Source: Trichoplax adhaerens (taxonomy: Eukaryota; Animalia; Placozoa). Taken from it: DNA of 64,000 bases. Each line of letters opens with the position of its first letter. Position 1 is the first letter of the stretch. The stretch covers positions 408,353-472,352 of the forward strand of contig NW_002060943.1 of NCBI RefSeq assembly GCF_000150275.1, in the 5' to 3' direction. The notes below the pieces were generated by a model, which had not been told where the DNA came from, made no database searches, and saw nothing but the letters and a program-made list of their open reading frames with translations. The translations under genes and the position numbers were made by a program. Positions 52,101 to 63,084 of the stretch are shown here, piece after piece.

Positions 52101-54407
52101 AGGTGATTTTAATCATTCATAGATAAGGTTTTGATTTAATTCCATTTAAAGTACGATTAAGCCTATTTCTTTCTCCCATCTTAGAACATTTTAATTACTA
52201 AAATCATTCAGTAGTTATTTATTTCGATACTTTAAAGTCAAAATTTACTAGCCTACTTTTAAATTTCTATTGTTAGTTTATGTGATTCAGTTGATATTCT
52301 CTGTTTTTCGCTTATATAACAACTATATATAAATCAGGATTCCCATGTTATACTTTTAAGTTAGTAGTCAGACAAAGGTGCTCATTAAACTTAAATTGTT
52401 ACCTTTACTTAATATTCTATACGCTTGCAGTACCCAGCAAAATATTTCGGTCTAGTTGAGTCATGAATATAAGGGGGTAGCGTGACTTCCGTAGATCGAG
52501 TTACAAAAGATTTATTACAATTTAATATTGACTTAGCACGAATTAATTTAACCATGACTCCGTTTTGTTCTTAAATGCTATATGCATAAAACATCAGGGT
52601 TAAGCCTTTTAAGAGATATTACTGCTAACGAAGTTAATATATCGCATTTCTTATTCTACATTTAGGCAAGAGCAAGTGAAAGTAAGATGTCTGCAGATGC
52701 GAAAGGTAACGTTAACTCTTATGATTTTTATTGATAATTATATAGGCTGTAAATATCAGAGTTACATCCGAGACCATCTATAACTAGAGATAATGGATTG
52801 TCAGAAAGATTCCATAAGGACTAAGCAATAAATGAGATTAAATAAGTATAATTAAAATTATTGTATTCTTTTATTTCAGACAACCGCTGTGATGCAGGAT
52901 GGATTCATTATAACCTCAACTGTTATCGCGTCTTTCAGAAAAGCAACGAACGCCAAGACTGGAATAGTGCGCAAGCAGAATGTAATAAGCTTGGTGGCAA
53001 TCTGCTTAGTATACTAACCTACAAGGAACAAAATTTTGTCCAAAATAATTTATTGTCGACTGGAGTAAAAAAATCGTATTGGATTGGGTTAAACTGTACT
53101 AGTATTGATGACAATTGTCGATGGCAAGGTATGCCTACTGCCAATCCATATTCTCATCGATCTAACAGAGTAAAAGATGATGGCGTGTCAGAAATGTGTA
53201 TGGAAATCAATATGAGAACGAAGTTTAATGGCTTATGGACAAGTAGAAATTGCAGTATAAAGCAGCGTTTCATCTGCAAAAAAGGTATGTAGATGTTATA
53301 GCATCCGGTTCAACTAATATAAAAAGAATGCGCACGAGTAGCTATCACAGCAACGCTGATGAGCAAAGTATTACGATTGTAAATTTTACTTTTCAGCTGA
53401 TTACGTAAGAAACTTTTGAAACGTCTTGACTTACTTTCTAACTTAATCCTGTTTTCCCATTTCTTTTAATAATAGGCGCTAAAAATATTAAACTAAATTC
53501 CATTCATCGCCAGTGTGGTGTCTCTTATCATAACGATTACAGTTTACTTGGCTTACGTATAAAACGAGTGATTCATGGTACTAAAGCTTCTGACTACATG
53601 GTGCCTTGGCAAGCTTTCATTCAAATTAAGCGATCCGATAACAAAATAGTTCGCTGTGGTGGCTCATTAATTGATAAAAAATACATTATTTCAGCCGCTC
53701 ATTGCTTTGATAAAGTTTCAAAAGAGCCTCAATCAATCCGTATCGTTTTAGGAATTGTTAGGTTAACTGATCTAGAAAAAGGCAATATGCCCTGGCAAAC
53801 ACCGGCCGAGACGAAAAAAAAGAGCCAAAGTAAGCATCGATTAGGGGAAAAGATACTATATTTATCGCATGACGATTTAAACATTCATTCAGCTTATGCA
53901 GGTGGTTGTCAAGGTGTTGGCAGATGTACCATACGTGATTTTAATGCTGATGTAGCAATACTTAAATTGCCATCATCTGTACAAACTAATAGATACGTAA
54001 GAACGCTTTGCTTGCCTAATAAGAGAATATTAAGCAGCAACCTTGGCAATTTAGACTGTCGCGTTGCAGGTTGGGGCAATACCAGAGTAAGTGGTTCAGT
54101 TTCTTACCCGAGGTATTTACGTTGGGCTATGGTATCTATTCTTGACACAGACAAGTGTAACAAATCAGTGGCCTACCGTAATAGTATCACAAACAATATG
54201 TTATGCGCCGGCAAGTGGGAAGGCGGTGTTGATACATGTCATGGCGATAGTGGTGGACCATTAATGTGTCGCTTACCAAATAGCCCGTGGATGCTGATGG
54301 GCATTACAAGTACTGGAAAGGGCTGCGCACAGCCTATGTCTCCAGGAGTTTATACTAAGTTATCATCTCCAATCATTAATAACTGGCTGAGTCATTTTAT
54401 ACAATAG
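49198..54407 (+). CDS. Secreted C-type lectin domain + S1A trypsin-like serine protease fusion
   Basis: Phase-consistent exons: 49198-49304 (signal-like MLQICAWIVCIQVHVCFG), 51351-51429, 52666-52705, 52880-53284 (CTLD: CDAGW..YNLNCY...WNSAQAEC...LLSI...EQNFV...YWIGL...C...W...C.....FICK), 53476-54407 (QCG...RIKR|VIHG...PWQ...CGGSLI...ISAAHC...DVAILKL...CLP...AGWG...MLCAG...DTCHGDSGGPL...GITSTG.GC...PGVYT). The two domain exons are high confidence; the three 5' exons are moderate. Confidence 0.88.
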
Positions 54408-56726
54408 GATGATACTTTTTCTACTTAGGAAGAGATTTTAAATGCACTTCTGATAGAATATAAATACTAGCTGTAGAATACAGTAGAACAGCTGTTTAAA
54501 ACAGTAAATTCTTTAAAGGACACTTGATTGCAGTATCTAATACTAATTTCAGGTTTACAAGAAATACAACTAAATATAAGATTAAATGATAACCTTTATA
54601 TTAAATAATGAATGATATTAAAAATTGAATGAATCATTGCGCAAATTATAATAGCATAAAATTAGATATCAGATATCGTATAATTAATTCACAATGCTAT
54701 TTATATTTCTTCAAACAATGCCCATTTAGCTCCAAGCATTTTAATTGTGGCCTAAAAATTGTTTATTTTAATAGCTCAATCGCATACTCAGTATTACAAA
54801 AGTACACATGTGTCAGGAGGAAACTGCCTCATTTTTTTATTTCTTATTTAATTTTCTGTCGACAGAAATTATCCATTATATTTGTAGAGCTAGCATTTTA
54901 ATTAATTGCTAAAATAATTAAATTAATTACTATATAAAATAAAGTAATGAATGTTTACATGTATATATTTGAGAGCTATAAACATGATTAGATATACGCG
55001 TATACAAATATAGATCTTTAATTCTACATTTTACAAAATTTAACATCATGATTACAGTGTTGGGAATATTATATTAAAATAAATACTATATGTAGAAAAA
55101 TTTTATCGTTTTACTAAAGTATGCAACGTATATGAATATCTATTTATTCAAACTGTATTTATTGCGTTTAAATATATATATATATCGTAAATAATAATAT
55201 ACTGTATTGGCTTCATTAAAAGCGTCTATAAGACGGGTAAATCTCTAATACAAGTTTTACTTAAATGCTAAATAGTGAATAATATTAAGAATGTTATAAT
55301 TTTATATTATTGTTTCACTGATAAGGTTAAATAAAGATAAAAATAATATATTCAGACCTTGCTACTTCTAAAGTCACGATATTGAAGTATATTATATATA
55401 TATTGATACTTTATACGAATACTTCTATGTAACTCTCTGAATTTAGCAATGTATGCGTATTGCTATATTGTATTTATTACCTCTTGGTTAATGATGCCAG
55501 TATTTCACGTGAATAAAGGCTTATTAATAGACTCAAATTTTATGTATCGGTGGAAAATTAAATGCTTATGATAAATGATTAAGCAAGAACGGAAGGATAA
55601 GCGCTAATGAGACGCTGCATTATTGATATTTGAATTAATTTTAAGTCGCTCTTAGGAGCATTTAAGTTTATTACTAATTTCTTTTTGAGCCAGTTTTACT
55701 GGATCTTGCGATGATACCTATTAATTTTTATGACGTTGTTCCGGCGAATTTGGAAAAGGCACTGATATCGGATGTATTTTGTTCTAATTACTATTATAAC
55801 TTGCTTTTCAAAATTAGCGATTAGGATTTTGTGTTGGTCATGCAACTTAGAATAAGGCTAATGTATCCATTTTAATTTACCTTCCCTGCCCAGCTTCAGC
55901 AGTGTATGATCGTCCAGTGTTACAAGAAATAATTTCTTGTTTGTTGTGGAAATGATCAGTGGCGATGTTTCCACTTTCTATATTTGTAAATTGTTATACA
56001 AATACAGTAAATGCAGAATCTGCATTAACCTCTTTCTGGCGTAAGATTAGATTGGTATTAACCTAAAAACCTGAACTGTAGTTCAAATATTTAAATCTGA
56101 ATTTCCCAATACTATATAAGAAAGCCCTCATCACAGACATCATTGCATGCATTAGATTGAATTTGCAAATCTGTATTACGGTATGCAACCAGGTCATGCA
56201 CCAGCTTATATGGGTAAATATGAGCATACTGAAATATGCTACTCACTACTCAGTAAATAAGTATACGAAGTATCTCGAGCTGTAGCTCCACTAATAACAA
56301 TTATACATGATTAATAATGTCCATATGCTTAAAGTGTTGATGACAGAAATTTTTTGATGCAAGATGCTCACGACAGTTTCTGCATCCTTCGAAGTTTCAT
56401 ATTCCGTAAATATGGTAAGGTGCGATGGCTTCATTGAAGCTAATGCTACTGGATTTGACCTAGGACTGCTAGCGGGTAAAAATCTTCTCGTTTTTATTTA
56501 GAATCGATACAAACTTTCACACAGTATGGCTAATTCAGTATCGAATGAAATAATATGCTGGAAATTGCGTCGCGATTCATTGCTTGGAAGACTTCAAAGT
56601 TGAAGTTTTAAGGTCTCATAGATTTGAACATGCGCAAATCAATGGATTTTAGTAAGACCGCCAGTTTCTGTCCGTCGGCTACTCTGTGATTCACAGTTCA
56701 GCTGCAGGAATGGCGAGTCGTTGATC

Positions 56727-56740
56727 GTTACTATAGTAAC
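56727..56740. promoter_or_regulatory. RFX X-box upstream of ciliary gene TCTEX1D2
   Basis: GTTACTATAGTAAC (perfect palindrome, 16 bp with flanking C/G) fits the X-box consensus GTYNCY-AT-RGNAAC; ~310 bp upstream of the ATG and just before a likely 5'-UTR donor (GTAAGG ~56807). Confidence 0.75.
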
Positions 56741-57049
56741 GCTCGCTACCAAAGGCTCATGAAGGAAAAGTGAGCTGAAATACTAGGATACTGGTGTATC
56801 GATCGAGTAAGGTATAATAATCTATCATAAACTGAACTTCAACGAGAACCGATCCAACTGCTAGAATTTCTACTTTACGTCTAGGAGGTAATTAAAATCA
56901 TTTAAGCATGATATAAAATAGACAGTTTCGAAATAGATACTGAATTCGTATACTGTTGTGATATATGACTGTGAGATGACGCTTTATTTTTTTTACCTAG
57001 TCGATTAGAATCTTTCAACATCATTTGTGTTTACAGAATATTTTTGGTT

Positions 57050-58379
57050 ATGGAAAATAATTCAACGAATAGTTATGTCATTCGACCAAACTTTAGAAAT
57101 AAGTAAGTGTGGTTCTTCTTTGGCCAGATGTAACTCAGACAAATGTATTTACCTGTTAATAATAGGATCGTTAAACGTATTCTGAATTTGCTAATACGAA
57201 GTAGAACTGTATCAAATAAATTCAAAATGCTGTGCAAGATTCAGTGATTGTATGATGTATTGGGATTACAGCAATCCTGTAATTACTATACCGTAACGGT
57301 TGGAAAGAAACTTTGCGATTATAATTATGAACTATTATTGGAAATTGTTATATGTGTATTTAATTAGTATTGCTATCTACGGTATTTTGTAAAATAGTGC
57401 AAATGGTAGGAATTTAAATGTATTAAATTAGCATCAAGTTCACATTTTGCATTCTAATGGCAGATTTCGAGCTGCGTTAGTAAAAGACGTAATTCATGGT
57501 ATTTTACAAGAGGAATTATCAGGCAAAAATTATGATGCCCAAGAAGCTATATCATGGACGAAAGTTATCACAGATACTATTAAACTAAGGCTGAAAGGTT
57601 AGAGGAATAGCTTATTTTAATCACGTTATCATCGATTTATATTCATCACTTTATTCGATCAAGTCTTTCGATTGTCTTGTAGAGCTTTTAAACATCTGTA
57701 ATCGTATTGCAAATATTTCGGCTACTAACTCATTTTAATATTGTTACAGAATTAAATTTCGATCGTTATAAAATTATTGTGCAAGTTCTTATAGGAGAAC
57801 AACGTGGTCAAGGAGTACAGTAAGTGATAATATCTCAGATTTACAAGGACGTCTATTAATATTTGATTTTTGGTATATTTGACAGTAATGTATTGATTTT
57901 TAGCATGATATTCGAGTACATTCGTAGTTCATTGATGTTGCAAATCTTAGAGTTATTATTACAGTGCTTTATACTATATTAGTTAATAGATATTGTAAAG
58001 AGGGTTCTACTGCATAATGGCTTGATGTATCAATGATGCTGCGCACATACTACGAATTTATCGATATCATCATTTTGTGATGTTCTTCTATTACCGTAGA
58101 ATGGGTTGTCGTTGTTTCTGGGATTCGGACACGGACAACTACGCACAAGATATATTCATAAACGTATGAAAATTTTGAATAGAATTTAAGAATTATTTAT
58201 GCATATTTTAATTTCGGATTCTAACAGATTTGCGATCTAACTTAATATTATAAAGTTGTTATATTAAACGTTTAATTTTTCATTATTAGCCTTTATTAAT
58301 ATTAATTGATTTGCTCAATATTTTATTATAGGAGAGTTTCTTTTGCATAGCAGCCGCATATGGTATATTTACGTACTAG
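57050..58379 (+). CDS. TCTEX1D2: Tctex1-domain dynein light chain (dynein-2/IFT), TCTEX1D2/DYNLT2B
   Basis: MENNSTNSYVIRPNFRNK | FRAALVKDVIHGILQEELSGKNYDAQEAISWTKVITDTIKLRLK | ELNFDRYKIIVQVLIGEQRGQGVQ | MGCRCFWDSDTDNYAQDIFIN | ESFFCIAAAYGIFTY* (TAG 58377-58379); matches recalled human TCTEX1D2. Confidence 0.93.
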
Positions 58380-58872
58380 GCACAACTTGATTTCTTGGAT
58401 TAGCATAATTTTTGTGATTTAGCATAGATCATGCTGCAGCTAATTTATTAAGTTCAGTTAATGATTTCATGTTGATTATGGCACAACATATATATATATA
58501 TATATATATTTAGAATTGAAAGTTATCTCTTACTCAGCTCTTCGCTACTAATACGAGTATGTACTGTAAATACTGATAGCTTCTTTATTGATGTAATAGT
58601 ATATTCATGTTAACTAAGGAAAGATTTCTTCCTATTTCCAAGTGTAACTATTTATAAAGATCGATAATACAAGTATACGTAAAATGGTATCCGAGTAGAC
58701 ATAAACGTCAGTTATATGCATACTAACTTGTCATAATATAAACTGTAGTCTCTAAAGCAGTCAATTGATATCGAGAAATGTTTTATTTTCCATCTCGATC
58801 ATTTAAGATTACGAAATTCTGATTTACTGCATTACTGGTGACTTATGATCCAATGGGTTATAACTGTTTAAA

Positions 58873-59570
58873 TTACTTATAGTGTTGCGGCTGTCAACTT
58901 TAGAGCTACTTCTATCTTCGTCGAATCTGGAAATGTAGATTTGGCAAATAATAAAAGGACGAACGAGTAGTTTGATCTAACAGTATGGCAAAATTTTACA
59001 CGAAGGCATTAACATTAACGTCGCCGAACTGCGCAAAGATTTTACAGTCTCAAGTTGTTTTTGGTAGTAGATTGCATCCAGATCGCAAATTCTTCATCAT
59101 TCTAAGTTACTTATAGTGCTACGGCTATAAACTTTAGAGCTACTTCTATCTTCGTCGAATCTGGAAATGTAGATTTGGCAAACAATAAAAAGATGAACGA
59201 GTAGTTTGATAGAACAGTATGGTAAAATTTTACACGAAGGCATTAACATTAATGTCGCCGAACTGCGCAGAGATTTTACAGTCTCAAGTTGTTTTTGGTC
59301 GTAGATTTCATCTAGATCGCAAATTCTTCATCATTCTAAGTTACTTATAGTGCTACGGCTATAAACTTTAGAACTACTTCTATCTTCGTCGAATCTGGAA
59401 ATGTAGATTTGGCAAATAATAAAAGGATAAACGAGTAATTTGATATAACGATATAGCAAAATTTTATAAGAAGGCATTAACATTAACGTCGCCGAACTGC
59501 GCAGAGATTTTACAGTCTCAAGTTGTTTTTGTTCGTAGATTCCATCTAGATCGCAAAATTCTTGACCATT
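58873..59570. repeat. Tandem repeat, 3 x 234 bp, between TCTEX1D2 and UQCRH 3' ends
   Basis: TTACTTATAGTG at 58873, 59107 and 59341, each followed by ...CTACTTCTATCTTCGTCGAATCTGGAAATGTAGATTTGGCAAA...GTCGCCGAACTGCGCA... Confidence 0.93.
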
Positions 59571-59888
59571 CTGGTTGGCAGGGAAGTACTTTACTCTACG
59601 GGGTGGGGGTAGTATCAAAAATTTTATACTCCAATGCTTTAGAAAGCTTAATTTTTGAAACGTTAGGTTCGAAAGTGATATTTTTTATGCATACGTGAGG
59701 TAAAATTAGCGATTTTTATTTTATTGATAAAACATATACGCTTAGCCACATGGAAATAAAGCGAATTATGGCACTTCAACTTTGAATTCAACAGTTTGAC
59801 AAGGTATACAAAAGTATTATGAGACAGTAGCTTACGATAACGTAAAGGCCGATATACCTTTCTGTTATTAAATTAGAGCATCCAAATT

Positions 59889-60227
59889 TTACTTAAGACG
59901 GGAGAAAAGAGTTTTTGCAACCTAAAAGTAAGGTAATGAAGACATGTTACGAATATGTTACGTTTTTACTTTGACCATAAAATTAATAGCAATTTATAAA
60001 GCAATAAATAGCTTTCAACTTTTTTTGAATGTGAAATATTGTAAATATGGTACTTACACATTTATCCGCACAATGCATAAAATCGAATAATTCTTGCGTA
60101 CAAGTTTCTTCAGTATTACTACGACTATTTACTCGGTCATTACAAGTCTCATAAACACTTTTTAACGGAGCACATTTGGGGGACTCTCCACATTCTTCGA
60201 ACAAAATAGGTTTAGGATCGATTGGAC

Positions 60228-60258
<31 letters not shown>

Positions 60259-61485
60259 AGCGTTGCCTCCTTCCTCTTCTTCGACGTCGCCTCCTTCCTC
60301 TTCTGGTTCTTCGGTTGGCTCTTCATCTTCTACCTATATATCATTAGCAAGACCAAATTAGGGTCATAATGTATCCAAATTTGGAACATTCAATTAGTTA
60401 TTATATTTGCGTTTCGACGGTACTCGTAGATAGTAATGTAATACTGTAGCAGATGCTGTACCGTGCCTAGATAAACTGTAGACTACCAGAAGATTGTCTG
60501 GTAGTTTCTTGATAAGTTACTAGTTCAAGATGGTTTGCTACGGAGTAGAGATCTTGATCGACTGTTAGCAAACTATTGAGAAGAGGGGTCCACAGTGCTG
60601 TCTAGCTCGATTTGCAATATCGTACTGTAAAGGGTGATTGTGTGAATTGTCTATGCCGAATCACTCGTCAAGTATTTTGTTGCCAGTCATGCACTAGCAT
60701 TAGTTATCGCATTAGTGGGGTATTACTAGGCTAGCGAGAGTAATTTCAGTAAGTTTAACGCTACCACGGTAGTTTAGATGTCAACATAATGGCAGTTTTT
60801 GATGGGGGTTAGGGATTTTGCGGTTTGTGAAGGTACCGGTAAAATTGGAACGCATCCAAAGATAGAATATGGTATGAATATTTTAGATGATGCCACTACG
60901 AATAGCTCTTGTTGTATACAGATGGATTTAAGGCATGAGAAATTTGGATACCATCCAACGAGTGGGCTATTCTCGGATTATTGTGTTACTACTCTAATTT
61001 GCAAATGTGTGTATTGTAGAGCGCGCAGCGAGCATCCATTTCGCATTTGGCTGGAAGGCTGTCCATAAGGGTGAAATTAGGAAATACCAAAAATTTTGAG
61101 TCATTTTTAAAGCTAGAGGTACTGAATGACCATGAGAAGACGGCAAGGAAATTCATCGATACCCAAAATGGCCGATACAATACAACATGAAAGTAGTTTC
61201 ATGTCGAGAAAGACTGAGGGGAATCAATATGTTGGCTTGCCAATGATAGCTAGCGTACGTGCAATATCCAAGTTTCAAGTGTAGATGAGTTGAGTTATGA
61301 TGGTGGAATTGCGTCTAGTTGGAAATTGTGAAGGTTTATGCTGGGAAAATGGATTGAGCGATGATCCATTGGTTACAATATGTTTTCAATCAACAATTAT
61401 CAAGTGGATAAGCGAGAGTATATCGCAATTTTGGTAGTAATACCTCTTCAGTAAGGGTTACTTCCTCTTCTTCAGTGAACGCCAT
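59889..61485 (-). CDS. UQCRH: Cytochrome bc1 complex hinge protein (Qcr6/subunit 6)
   Basis: ATG 61485 MAFTEEEE | 60333-60058 VEDEEPTEEPEEEGGDVEEEEGGNAEEEEEEEEE-GPIDPKPILFEECGESPKCAPLKSVYETCNDRVNSRSNTEETCTQELFDFMHCADKC | VAKTLFSRLK* (stop 59889-59891); hinge-protein cysteine pattern. Confidence 0.95.
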
Positions 61486-61549
61486 CTTGTCGCGTGTGAT
61501 ACTTTGATCTCGTACGAGCAGACGCAGATGAGCAAGTTGATTTAGTGCT

Positions 61550-61715
61550 GTTACTGTACTCTCTTCCCCATACAGACTACAGTAGTGTGCAATACAATGT
61601 GTACACAGTACTGCAGTGTTTACAGTACGTGTACTGTAGTCTCTGATACTGATGATACAGTAGTACTGTACAGTGTACAGTACAGTGTACACTCAGTGTA
61701 CTGTACACTGTAGTC
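61550..61715. promoter_or_regulatory. GTAC-rich tract at the UQCRH 5' end
   Basis: GTACTGTACAGTGTACAGTACAGTGTACACTCAGTGTACTGTACAC and similar runs, 65-230 bp upstream of the ATG. Confidence 0.55.
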
Positions 61716-61957
61716 TGCGCAACATTACGTTATCATTTTGCACAGCTGTCCAATGTCCAGTCATGGACTGCTACACTATTTCGTGTTGGTCGTTAGCTCA
61801 TTTTTGGTAATACCATATTGAATGTGGGTAGGACTAATTAGGAACCCACACTATTCGTTTGTCCACACTAATTGCCGTCGGTCGTGTAGTCGATTTCGTC
61901 GATCTCCTTCCTTGTAGAAGAACATCTTCTACAGCACTCGAGGAATCGATGGTCCTA

Positions 61958-63034
61958 GTGTTCTGGGACCACCTTGTGATGGCGCATGCGCAGATTGACT
62001 AATGAAGACCCTCATCCTCTCTAGTCTACTGTAGACGTCTGGTACTACAAAATGTTGCAAACGCTGGGCAATTACTGTACTGTACAGTGTACACTGTACA
62101 GTATTTACTGATGGTTCTTGTGTTCTGCCACCACCTTGTGATGGCGCATGCGCAGATTGACTAATGAAGACCCTCATCCTCTCTAGTCTACTGTAGACGT
62201 CTGGTACTACAAAATGTTGCAAACGCTAGGCAATTACTGTACTGTACAGTGTACACTGTACAGTATTTACTGATGGTTCTTGTGTTCTGCCACTTTGTTA
62301 TCGCGCGTGCGCGGACTGACGAATGAAGATCCTCATTGACTCTAGTCTAGTACTACAAAATGTTGCAAACGCTGCGCAATACAGTACTGTACAGTGTACA
62401 TAGCAGCATGGAAAGTGTATACTGTACTGTAGACGTACTGTCCGTCATCCACTCTAGTCTAGTACTACAAAACGTTGCAAACGCTGCGCAATACTATGCT
62501 GTACTGTACATAGCAGCATGGACAGTGTATACTGTACGCTGTACTGAGTGGACACGTACTGTCACGTTGCCACCCAACAGGTTCGCAGGTCATACGCAGT
62601 ACACTGAGTATACTACAGTCGATTGAAAATGATGTCAACCGCCAACCGTCATCAATGGAAGCCTCATTCGTGTTTTTGTAGACACTGTAGTCAGTGTAGT
62701 GTATTTACTGATGGTCCTTGTGTTCTGTCATTTTGTTATTGCGCGTGCGCGAACGGACTCATGAAGACCTTCATTGACTCTAGTCTGGTACTACAAAACG
62801 TTGCAAACGCTGCTCAATACTGTACTGTACACAGCAGCATGGAAAGTGTACAGTACAGTACACTAGACCTGATCATTTTGCATAACGTGCTTTTAGTGTA
62901 CACGTACTATCGCACTTTTTCACTCTACAGGTTCGCAGGTCATAGGCAGTACACTGAGTACAGTACTACAGTGCAGTCGATTTGAAATGACGTCAACCGC
63001 CCAACCGTCATCCATGGAAGCCTCATCGTGTTTT
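61958..63034. repeat. Composite tandem repeat upstream of UQCRH; each unit has an NRF1-type site and a GTAC tract
   Basis: Module TGTTCTG...GCGC(A/G)TGCGC...ATGAAGA...TCTAGTCT..TACTACAAAA.GTTGCAAACGCT with the GC palindrome at 61982, 62144, 62303 and 62741. Larger duplication ~62263-62680 vs ~62700-63034; ends at the N gap. Confidence 0.9.
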
Positions 63035-63084
63035 NNNNNNNNNNNNNNNNNNNNNNNNNNNNNNNNNNNNNNNNNNNNNNNNNN
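63035..63084. other. Assembly gap (50 N)
   Basis: Run of n. Confidence 0.99.

Noticed and set aside
60176-60361. Ser-rich + strand ORF
   Set aside because: Antisense shadow of the UQCRH poly-Glu exon.
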